A DNA stretch of 38,080 bases from assembly GCA_016783505.1 (NCBI GenBank), contig JADHWK010000020.1, positions 1-38,080 on the forward strand. Reading direction: 5' to 3'. Positions 28,206 through 36,301 of this stretch are shown here, one piece after another (the first letter of the stretch is position 1; each line of letters starts with the position of its first letter). Below the pieces are notes generated by a model that saw only the letters and a list, made by a program, of their open reading frames with translations, was not told the origin of the DNA and searched no databases. A program made the translations under genes and the position numbers. Source of the DNA: Candidatus Zhuqueibacterota bacterium (GTDB lineage: Bacteria; BS750m-G25).

Positions 28206-28526
28206 TTAACGACTACGCTGAGAATAAATAAGATAAACGGTTACCCCAATTAAGGTTATGATTAATATCGGTTCTATAACCCGTTTATAAACCGTATGTT
28301 CTTTTTTTGCTTCGTTAGGCTTCTCTTTCTCTGGGGCTTTCGGCTGATCCACGGGTATCTGATCCCCTGGATTGGCCTGACACTCAGGGGCATCCCTCAG
28401 ATCAACAGGTTTTTTCTCCCCATACGCCATGGCCGAAAGGGCATACCCCCAGCCTGAAACATAGAACAAAAACCAGAACACAAGTGGAACAAAAAGTATA
28501 CCTGATCTCAGGGATTTCCCTTGCAT
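28206..28526 (-). CDS. Hypothetical protein with signal peptide and C-terminal TM anchor
   Basis: N-terminal hydrophobic helix, Pro/Glu/Lys linker, IEPILIITLIGVTVYLIYSQRSR tail; 1 bp from the upstream gene. Confidence 0.7.
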   Translation of the reverse strand: MQGKSLRSGILFVPLVFWFLFYVSGWGYALSAMAYGEKKPVDLRDAPECQANPGDQIPVDQPKAPEKEKPNEAKKEHTVYKRVIEPILIITLIGVTVYLIYSQRSR

Positions 28527-28527
28527 C

Positions 28528-29571
28528 TCAGATTCTGAAGTTGATGGTTAAAAAATGCCAATTTATATTCTCTGAATTGCTTTCTTCTCTTACAAAGGCG
28601 TAGTTAACCAGGTAGTTGGGTTGTTTCAACCAATTCTTTTTCTTCTTGAACCTGTTTAGATCAACCAGACCCACCCCGCCGGAAAACACATACCCCCCGC
28701 CAGGCTTTTTTCTAAAAGCCCCAGCCCTAAGGGCTAGGTGGGTGATGACCACCCGTTCAAATCCCAGATGCAGTTCCCGGGTGGCCAATGTTGTATCTCC
28801 AGCCAGGTTTCTCAAATCAACCGCCACGGTCGTTTTACCATCGGGGTGGAGAGAAAGGCCCACATTGACTGTCTCGTCATCGAGGCGTTCCAATTGATTG
28901 CGAAAATTCGACCAATCGTTGGGGAGGTTGATGAAAAATACCCCTATACTATATCTATCGTTGGGCACCAACAGCACACCATAACTGCTGCCGAGAGGGG
29001 ATTTTTGGTCCCCTTTAACCAACAGACTTCCCGACATCCCCAGGGCAATGCGTTCATCCAGTCTTAACGTAACCGCCAGGGTGTGGGAATAGTTCTTCCT
29101 GAAGGGCCCACTTGGAAAGAAGGCCTCCCCCTTGTCGGAATCGCTAAGATCCAGGCTTTCTTCCCCCAGGAGAAGACCTATATCGAGATTTCTGAAGGAA
29201 ACCGTGAAGGATTTCAGGGTTGCCGTCACCGCCTCAAGAAAATTTTTCCCCGGTTCTTCATCCCCACCCCCGAGCAACCTGTTTTCTGTCAGGATGACGG
29301 CTGGAGACACGGGGTTCAAGTAATATGAGAAGCGGTACCCCCGCCAAACCTGGACCAGGGACAGGGTGGCCGGGTTAAAAGTTATGGATGGGAGATCACC
29401 TGAAATCGCCGAAAAAGCCCCACCCATAGCCACCAACCTGCTTTTGGATGAGCTTACCGTAAGGTAGCAGATACTATCCACCGATCCGGTTTTCCCCGAG
29501 GCCGGCAAATAGAGAAAAACGGCAACTACCCAGAGTAACAAGAGCTTAAGTTTTTGGTTACTGTTCAACAC
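28528..29571 (-). CDS. PorV/FadL/UPF0164-like outer membrane beta-barrel
   Basis: Signal peptide, SRLVAMGGAFSAISGD..SITFNPA hatch motif, LHLGFE, LALRAG, C-terminal beta strand. Confidence 0.7.
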   Translation of the reverse strand: MLNSNQKLKLLLLWVVAVFLYLPASGKTGSVDSICYLTVSSSKSRLVAMGGAFSAISGDLPSITFNPATLSLVQVWRGYRFSYYLNPVSPAVILTENRLLGGGDEEPGKNFLEAVTATLKSFTVSFRNLDIGLLLGEESLDLSDSDKGEAFFPSGPFRKNYSHTLAVTLRLDERIALGMSGSLLVKGDQKSPLGSSYGVLLVPNDRYSIGVFFINLPNDWSNFRNQLERLDDETVNVGLSLHPDGKTTVAVDLRNLAGDTTLATRELHLGFERVVITHLALRAGAFRKKPGGGYVFSGGVGLVDLNRFKKKKNWLKQPNYLVNYAFVREESNSENINWHFLTINFRI

Positions 29572-29683
29572 GGAACCTCACTAACTCCTCTCTGGAAATT
29601 CAATAATCTGGACTAAGGACCCCAATCAGTCGGGCGGGCCTGTTGCAGAACTATCGCAATTGATAATTTAGGGGTTATTTTAA

Positions 29684-29711
29684 AACCGCTCTAAAGAGCG
29701 GTTCTGGTTAA
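29684..29711. repeat. AACCGCTCTAAAGAGCGGTTCTGGTTAA REP-like repeat
   Basis: Inverted copy with a 1-nt indel at 31465-31493. Confidence 0.8.
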
Positions 29712-29780
29712 CTAATTGCTAAACAAAACGTTAACCAGTCCGCAGTTGCCCGCCTAGGGTAGGAGGCTACGCTCAACCTT

Positions 29781-29798
29781 ATCCCGATGGTTCGGGAT
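29781..29798. repeat. Mini-palindrome, copy 3
   Basis: atcccga tggt tcgggat, inside the aacct...aggtt hairpin. Confidence 0.8.
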
Positions 29799-29878
29799 AG
29801 GTTCTGGACATTAGCAACTTTTACTAGCTGTGCCACAGACCCGGGCGCCTGACCGATTCATTGGAGTTATATTCTTGT

Positions 29879-31435
29879 TTAGGATAGGAATTGATTCCTA
29901 TCCGCATTTCGAACCTTCAGAATAAAGCTCACCAGAACAAACAGGACACTTATCACCATCATTAACCGGGCAAACAGGTTACCGTGGGAAGTGTAGAACG
30001 TTTTGGCGCTCACCAAGGGTATTTCATTCACGATGGTGGTTCTTTCGAAGAGCGCTGTTTGGAATTGAACCCTGCCGTAGGGATCAATGAAGAGGGAAAC
30101 CCCGGTGTTCGCACAGCGGGCCACTGGCCGGCGGTTTTCCACCGCCCGCAGGACGGCAAACCGGGCATGCTGTTCCGCCTCTGGGGTACGACCGAACCAG
30201 GCATCATTGGTAATATTGACCAGAAGATCGGCCCCCTCTTTTACAAACCGACGCACCAGATCGGGAAAAATGAATTCAAAGCAGATGGATGCGGAAAAGG
30301 AAAACGCCTGGCTTCCCGATAGCTGAAAGACCCGCCAGTCTTCACCCGGAGCAAATTCAGCCTGGCCAAAATTTAAACGACCCAGAAAAGGAAAATAGCG
30401 CTGAAAAGGCACCCTCTCCCCGAAGGGTACCAATTGAATCTTTGAATATTCTTCGATATTCGGGTTCCTGGGTTTAAACAAAAAGGCGGAGTTGTAAACC
30501 CGTCTTTCTCCCCCGGACAAAAATCGGTAATCGGGTGTCCCGGTAAACAGGGGAACTTCCATAGAATCCACCAACGCCCGAAGGTACTCATAATATTTTT
30601 TCTTATAACGGATATAATGGGGAACCGCCGTCTCCGGCCAGATGATAAGATCTGGTTTCTGGGATAAGATCTTTTCCGTGTCCTGGCGGTAGATCTCCAG
30701 CGAATAGCGAACCGGGAGGCTCCACTTATCCTCGGGGTCAATGTTCCCCTGGATGAGGGCCACCCTTATCCCGGGATCATTGGGGTTCTGCGAGGGAATG
30801 ACCGCTTTTCCATAACCATAGGGAAAAGCAAACGCAAGGGCCAAAGAGGTTAAGGATATCCAGGGAACTTTCCCTTTTAACAGGCCTTTGAATACCCAAA
30901 AGAGCAGGACATTTATCAGGACAACCCAGAAGGATATTCCGAACACCCCGGTGAATTCAGCAAACTGGATGAAGTTCAGATAGAACGTCTGTGTATTGCC
31001 CAGATCCTGCCATGGAAAACCCAACTCCCCGATAGACTTCTGGTATTCCAACGTCCCCCACAGAAAAGGGGCCATGACGTAGGACCCCCATTTTAAGTAA
31101 CGCTGGACCAACTGGAACAGAAGACCAAATATTCCAAAGTAAAGCGAAAGATAAAGCACCCCTATCACCATGGAGATGATGGCTAATATGGGTGTAGCTC
31201 CTCGGTTGAAGGCGATCCAAAAAAGGGTACACCCGTTGAAGACCAGGCCGGATAGATAACAAAATCCAAAGGACTCGGCGGGCGATTTGCCTTCTAAAAG
31301 AAAGAAAAGAGGAATCAACCCTAGATAAGCCAAAAAACCTGTCTTGAACGGGGGAAAGGCCAAAGCCAGGAGAAATCCCGTCAGCAGGGAAAGCAGCAGG
31401 GCCTTGTGCTTTGCTGTATTTATGGAAAGGTCCAA
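29879..31435 (-). CDS. lnt: Apolipoprotein N-acyltransferase
   Basis: GFPW..LG, IQGNI, IWPETA, YSKIQLVPFGE, ICFE, NITNDAWFG, RAVENRR, CANTGVS. Confidence 0.97.
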   Translation of the reverse strand: MDLSINTAKHKALLLSLLTGFLLALAFPPFKTGFLAYLGLIPLFFLLEGKSPAESFGFCYLSGLVFNGCTLFWIAFNRGATPILAIISMVIGVLYLSLYFGIFGLLFQLVQRYLKWGSYVMAPFLWGTLEYQKSIGELGFPWQDLGNTQTFYLNFIQFAEFTGVFGISFWVVLINVLLFWVFKGLLKGKVPWISLTSLALAFAFPYGYGKAVIPSQNPNDPGIRVALIQGNIDPEDKWSLPVRYSLEIYRQDTEKILSQKPDLIIWPETAVPHYIRYKKKYYEYLRALVDSMEVPLFTGTPDYRFLSGGERRVYNSAFLFKPRNPNIEEYSKIQLVPFGERVPFQRYFPFLGRLNFGQAEFAPGEDWRVFQLSGSQAFSFSASICFEFIFPDLVRRFVKEGADLLVNITNDAWFGRTPEAEQHARFAVLRAVENRRPVARCANTGVSLFIDPYGRVQFQTALFERTTIVNEIPLVSAKTFYTSHGNLFARLMMVISVLFVLVSFILKVRNADRNQFLS

Positions 31436-31464
31436 TCAAAAACCCCTAGTTATGGAAGCAGCTA

Positions 31465-31493
31465 TTAACCAGAACCGCTTCTTTAGAGCGGTT
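31465..31493. repeat. Inverted copy of the 29684-29711 repeat
   Basis: ttaaccagaaccgcttctttagagcggtt. Confidence 0.8.
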
Positions 31494-31529
31494 CATAAGA
31501 ATAATTTTTATATCAATTATTAAACGCTA

Positions 31530-32552
31530 CTATAAAATGATCTCTCGGTTATCCTGGGCCGATTGATAGATGGATTCGATGAGTCTCATGACTTTCAACC
31601 CCTCATCAAGATTGGAGATGGGAACAGTATCATTCCGCAGACATTCCATAAAATGGGTGATCTCCAGTTCAAAGGATTTTTGATAGAGCTCCAGTGGACT
31701 CATCTTCATCGTCGGGGATACGGTGACCAGGTTGCCGTGTAGATTTTTGTAAATTTTTAGTGGATTTAAGGTGGCACTGCCCTGATCACCCAGCAGATTT
31801 TCAAAGGCCAGGGTGCTCTCCTCAAAGAAGGTCCAGCTCACCTCCAGCAGGATCAGGCCCCCATCCTCCAGTTTTAGCATGGCGACGACGGTGTCTTCCA
31901 CCTCCCCTATACGAAAATGATTATAGGTATTAGCAAGGACACTGGTCACTTTGGGATTACCCACCAGCCAAAGGCTTAAGTCTAGCATCTGGGTCCCCAG
32001 GTCCATCAACACCCCGCCGCCAGCCACCCGGGGGTCGCATAACCATCCCCCCTCATCAAGCCATTTGCCCCGCTTTTTCAGCCAACCCGACCGGATGTAA
32101 AACACCCTCCCCAGCTCTCCCCTCTCGATAAATTCCTTCAGTACCGCAGAATCGGGACGAAAGCGATGGTTCATGGCCACCATAACCTTTTTGCCCCGTT
32201 TGCGGGCCTCATCGGCCATCTTCTGGGTCTCGTCCGGGTTGCGGGCGACGGGTTTTTCCACCAAGACATGCTTGTCCGCTGAAAGGGCAGCAATGGTCAT
32301 CGGCATGTGCAGGCTGTTGGGGGTACAGATGTGAACAGCATACATCTCCTCAAGCTTAAGCATCTTCTCTAAGTCCACAAAGAAGCGGGGAATATGAAAT
32401 TTCTCTGCAATCCAGCCCGCCTTTCGGCTGTCAATGTCGCAGACGGCCACAATCTCAACCCCATCCAACCCCTTGAGAACCGGGATGTGGGCCATCTGGG
32501 CGATCCCTCCCACCCCGATGATGCCGATTCTGATTTTCTCTTCCATAATCAT
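31530..32552 (-). CDS. Gfo/Idh/MocA family oxidoreductase
   Basis: IGIIGVGGIA, ICTPNSLH, VLVEKP, NHRF, GGGVLMDLG. Confidence 0.95.
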   Translation of the reverse strand: MIMEEKIRIGIIGVGGIAQMAHIPVLKGLDGVEIVAVCDIDSRKAGWIAEKFHIPRFFVDLEKMLKLEEMYAVHICTPNSLHMPMTIAALSADKHVLVEKPVARNPDETQKMADEARKRGKKVMVAMNHRFRPDSAVLKEFIERGELGRVFYIRSGWLKKRGKWLDEGGWLCDPRVAGGGVLMDLGTQMLDLSLWLVGNPKVTSVLANTYNHFRIGEVEDTVVAMLKLEDGGLILLEVSWTFFEESTLAFENLLGDQGSATLNPLKIYKNLHGNLVTVSPTMKMSPLELYQKSFELEITHFMECLRNDTVPISNLDEGLKVMRLIESIYQSAQDNREIIL

Positions 32553-32705
32553 TCAACCAATTTGCCAATTCATAGGGATCTATTTTACACGGATTGGATC
32601 CTCGAAAACGGTAAGTTTGGACATTTTAATACCCTTCCAACTTATCATAGCTAATGATCTTTCATTAGCTTATTTAATTTTTTGAAATATTTAGTCGGAA
32701 CGGCA

Positions 32706-33161
32706 CTAATAATCTTCATCAGGATTCTGATTCCGGAAGTCCAGATAACCCTGCAAGATCAAGATGGCAGATATCTGATCGGCTCGCCCCTTTTCCCTGC
32801 TGGGCTTTCTGCCCATCTGGTGGAGGGCCCGGTGGGCCTCTTGGGTTGACATTCTTTCGTCCCAGGGAATGACCGGAAGATTCCATCCCTGAATGGTTTG
32901 TATGAAGGTCTGCACCTCCTGTGCCCTTTTACCCCGGCGACCATTCAAAGTAAGGGGAAGACCCACCACAACCATCCCTATCCCATATTCGGGGATGATT
33001 TTTTTTAACTGGGATAATAAATGGGCTCGATCCTTCACCAGCAAAGTGTCCAATCCCTGGGCTATCGTGCCGGATGGATCACTGACGGCCAAACCCACCC
33101 GCTTCCACCCGAAATCAATACCCAGAATTCGGCCTTTGGATTGTGTATGGAAATGCTGCAA
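32706..33161 (-). CDS. ruvX: YqgF/RuvX RNase H-like nuclease
   Basis: ILGIDFGWKRVGLAVSDP, VVGLP, WDERMST, DQISAILILQGYLD. Confidence 0.95.
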   Translation of the reverse strand: MQHFHTQSKGRILGIDFGWKRVGLAVSDPSGTIAQGLDTLLVKDRAHLLSQLKKIIPEYGIGMVVVGLPLTLNGRRGKRAQEVQTFIQTIQGWNLPVIPWDERMSTQEAHRALHQMGRKPSREKGRADQISAILILQGYLDFRNQNPDEDY

Positions 33162-33169
33162 TTTAAGCT

Positions 33170-33469
33170 TTACAGCTTTTTCAGGGCTTCTTTGAGCAGT
33201 TTCCCAGGTTTGAAATGGGTCTTTCTCCTGGCGGGGACGTAAATGATTTCATTGGTCTTGGGATTACGGGCCTTGGGCTTGGGCTTGGTCTTTTTCACCT
33301 CGAACACCCCGAAGTTTCGGATCTCGATCCGGACATCGGGGTCGGCGTTTGACATGATGTCCCGCAGGACCCCAAATACACCGTCTACCACCTTGCCGGT
33401 TAACAAAACATTCTCGTTAACCCTAGCCGCTGTCTGAGCCACGACATCTTTCTTGATCACTTTCTTCAT
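33170..33469 (-). CDS. HU / integration host factor family DNA-binding protein
   Basis: IEIRNFGVFEV, ARNPKT, VPARR..FKPG. Confidence 0.93.
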   Translation of the reverse strand: MKKVIKKDVVAQTAARVNENVLLTGKVVDGVFGVLRDIMSNADPDVRIEIRNFGVFEVKKTKPKPKARNPKTNEIIYVPARRKTHFKPGKLLKEALKKL

Positions 33470-33580
33470 CCCGCACCTCCAATTTTACTCGACTTTATTG
33501 TACAGGCTTATCCTAAGCCTTACTTACAATTAAGCTTTGTCAAGATAATCAAAATTTATAAATAACAAGCTCCAAATCCC

Positions 33581-33598
33581 ATCCCGACTATTCGGGAT
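33581..33598. repeat. Mini-palindrome, copy 4
   Basis: atcccga ctat tcgggat. Confidence 0.8.
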
Positions 33599-33646
33599 TA
33601 GATATCAGCAATTTTAATTTGCCAAAGTTTAGCTTATAACTCTGTT

Positions 33647-35800
33647 TCATACCCCCGAGATCCTTTCCACCACCATCATCCCCTTCACCTTTTCGATTCG
33701 TTCCATGATCCTGGTAAGCTGTTTTAGATTGTTTACCTCCACAATCATCGTTCCGCTGGCCAGGGAATCCTCCACCGCTAAATCCATTTTCAGGATGTTT
33801 AAGTCCAGCCGGGCGATGGACTCGGTAATGTCGTGCAGCAGGCTCTTGCGGTCCACCGCCACAATCTTCAACCTGGCGTTGAAGCGCTTATCCTTGGCTA
33901 CGTCCCATTCCACAGGGACGTTCTTGCGGGATCTTTTCATCAGCCGTTCAATATTATAGCAGTCGTGACGATGGATGGTGATACCTTTACCCCGGGTAAC
34001 GAAGCCCAGGATGGGATCACCGGGAAGGGGCTGGCAGCATTTCGCAAAGGTAAACATTAAATTGTCCAATCCCTGCACCCTTACCCCCCGTTCTTTTCCC
34101 TTTAATCCTCGAAAAATCCTGGTCCTTACCGGTGTTTTTTTTGCCCGGTCCAAATCCTTATCGGGTAGAATCTTCCGAATAACAGCGGACAGGGAAACCG
34201 ATCCGCTGCCCACTGCTGCGTAGAATGGAACCACAGCGTTGAACCCGAAACTGGTGACAATTCCCTCAATTTCTTTGGGGGCTATCTTTAATTTTTTCAA
34301 TTCTTTTTCGATGATCTCCTGTCCCAGCTTTACGCTCTGTTCAAATTTAGAATCCCGGAACCAGCGTTTGATCCTACTACGGGCCTTTGCAGTATGCACA
34401 AATTTTAACCAATCTGCACTGGGTTTTTGACCCGGCGAGGTCAATATTTCCACTGTATCCCCACTGGCCAGGGCGGTTTTCAGGGGTACGATCTTGCCAC
34501 TCACCTTGGCGGCGATGCAGTGAAGGCCGATTTCCGTATGCACGTCAAAGGCAAAATCAATAGGGGTAGAACCTATTGGCAGTTTGATTAGCTTCCCCTT
34601 GGGGGTGAAGACAAAAACCTCCTCGGGGAAAAGGTTAATTTTGAGATCCTCTAAGAATTCCTGGGAATCCGGGGTCTCCTTCTGCCAATCCAAAAGGTGT
34701 CTCAGCCACACTATCTGCTCGTCAAGTTCATCTTTAGTACGACCCCCTTCTTTATAATGCCAGTGGGCGGCGATCCCCTCTTCAGCAGTGCCATGCATCT
34801 CTTCGGTCCGGATCTGCACTTCCAGGGTATATCCATCCTCTCCGATGACCTTGGTATGCAGGGACTGGTAGAGGTTGGACTTAGGAACGGCGATATAATC
34901 AGTGAATTTATCCTGAATGGGGGTGAACAACGTATGCACCACCCCTAATGACCCATAACAATCCTCAAGCCTCTCCACGACGACCCGTAGGGCTAACAGA
35001 TCGTATATCTCCTCGATGGTTTTTCCCTGGGCTTTCATCTTTTGGTAAATACTATAGAAATGTTTGGCACGACCCCCCACCCTCGCTTTTATATGTGCCT
35101 TCTTCAATTCCCGTTTTAAAGGTAGAATTGACCGCCTCAGATTCTTTTCCCGCTGTTCTCGCTTCAGGGCCACCTTGTGGGCGATTTCATCGTAGGCCTT
35201 GCGGTCCAGGGTCTTTAAGGACAGATCTTCCAGTTCCCACCTGATCTTGGCAATCCCCAGCCGGTGGGCCAGGGGGGCGTAGATCTCCAGGGTCTCCTTG
35301 GCCAACAGGTTTTGCCTCCGTGGGGGCAAGAATTCTACAGTGCGCATGTTATGGAGTCGATCGGCAAATTTGATTATAATAACCCGTATATCCCGCACCA
35401 TCGAAAATAGCATCTTGCGAAAATTTTCCGCCTGTTCCTCTTCCAGGCTTTCAAACTGCAGTTCGCTGATCTTGGTCACCCCGTCCACCAGTTGAGCGAT
35501 CTCGGGGCCAAATTCCCGGTCTACGTCCTCAATGGTAATCCCCGTATCCTCCACCACATCGTGAAGGAGTCCGGAGGCCACTGTCACCGGGTCCATCCGC
35601 AGGTCGGCCAGAATCTTGGCCACCTCCAGGGGGTGTTCCACGTAAGGGACCCCCGAGGATCGAAGTTGATCCCGGTGGGCCTCTTCGGCAAAATGGAGGG
35701 CCCGACGGATCAACTTAGCATCCAGACGACGATTAAACCCCCTCATCCTCCGAATTAAGGATTCTACCCTGGGAAGATAGGAGCTATTAGACGTCTCCAT
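33647..35800 (-). CDS. spoT: Bifunctional (p)ppGpp synthetase/hydrolase (long RSH)
   Basis: HDVVED hydrolase, ADRLHNMRT, YQSLHT, EVQIRT, TGS domain, CCQPLPGD, ACT domain. Confidence 0.97.
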   Translation of the reverse strand: METSNSSYLPRVESLIRRMRGFNRRLDAKLIRRALHFAEEAHRDQLRSSGVPYVEHPLEVAKILADLRMDPVTVASGLLHDVVEDTGITIEDVDREFGPEIAQLVDGVTKISELQFESLEEEQAENFRKMLFSMVRDIRVIIIKFADRLHNMRTVEFLPPRRQNLLAKETLEIYAPLAHRLGIAKIRWELEDLSLKTLDRKAYDEIAHKVALKREQREKNLRRSILPLKRELKKAHIKARVGGRAKHFYSIYQKMKAQGKTIEEIYDLLALRVVVERLEDCYGSLGVVHTLFTPIQDKFTDYIAVPKSNLYQSLHTKVIGEDGYTLEVQIRTEEMHGTAEEGIAAHWHYKEGGRTKDELDEQIVWLRHLLDWQKETPDSQEFLEDLKINLFPEEVFVFTPKGKLIKLPIGSTPIDFAFDVHTEIGLHCIAAKVSGKIVPLKTALASGDTVEILTSPGQKPSADWLKFVHTAKARSRIKRWFRDSKFEQSVKLGQEIIEKELKKLKIAPKEIEGIVTSFGFNAVVPFYAAVGSGSVSLSAVIRKILPDKDLDRAKKTPVRTRIFRGLKGKERGVRVQGLDNLMFTFAKCCQPLPGDPILGFVTRGKGITIHRHDCYNIERLMKRSRKNVPVEWDVAKDKRFNARLKIVAVDRKSLLHDITESIARLDLNILKMDLAVEDSLASGTMIVEVNNLKQLTRIMERIEKVKGMMVVERISGV

Positions 35801-35870
35801 AAAAGAAGTATCTTAATAATTAAACTATTGTATTTTTCAATCATGGGGCTGTTGATCGTATATCGTTTAG

Positions 35871-35886
35871 TCCCGAAGCTTCGGGA
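35871..35886. repeat. Mini-palindrome, copy 5 (core only)
   Basis: tcccga agct tcggga. Confidence 0.75.
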
Positions 35887-36005
35887 AAGCCCGTATCAAA
35901 GCACGGTATTAGGTGTTCGTATCCCGGTCACTTTTTAAAAATGCCAAAAGACAAAAACTATAAGATTTGTTGAAAGCCAGGTAACGAAAGCCGTAAACGA
36001 TACAG

Positions 36006-36040
36006 GCCCTGTGGAGTAAGTTTTTACTACTCAACAGGGC
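36006..36040. repeat. Intergenic hairpin
   Basis: gccctgtggagta...tactcaacagggc, 13-bp stem with one mismatch. Confidence 0.6.
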
Positions 36041-36301
36041 GGGCATCCTCACCGATAAACCGGCTACGATTATCGTATGATTGATTTTTACAATAGTTAA
36101 TTTAATAATTTATCGGTAGGTCACAATAATAAGAAACTTGTAAATTGCCAAAGTTGCCATAAGTTCAAAAATTTCATAAATTTTTATAATTTAGTTTGAT
36201 CTCTTGGAAGTTACTGCTTTTATCGTCTGATATTTAACGATCTTGTCAGTTTCCGTTAAAATAATTTTTGAAATTTAGTCAATTTTTAAGCTCTTTGAAA
36301 T

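Larger units (their letters stand above)
29622..29864. mobile_element. Nested MITE-like composite element
   Basis: Imperfect TIRs gggcctgttgcagaacta (29636-29653) and tagctgtgccacagaccc (29825-29842), 14/18 match, plus an outer inverted pair; contains three different mini-hairpins. Confidence 0.55.

Noticed and set aside
33500-33545. TTGACA promoter for the HU/IHF gene
   Set aside because: Perfect -35 on the minus strand but no convincing -10 at 16-18 bp.
35801-36301. Possible replication origin in the 500-bp AT-rich gap next to dnaB
   Set aside because: No TTATCCACA DnaA-box cluster seen and gene orientation does not switch.
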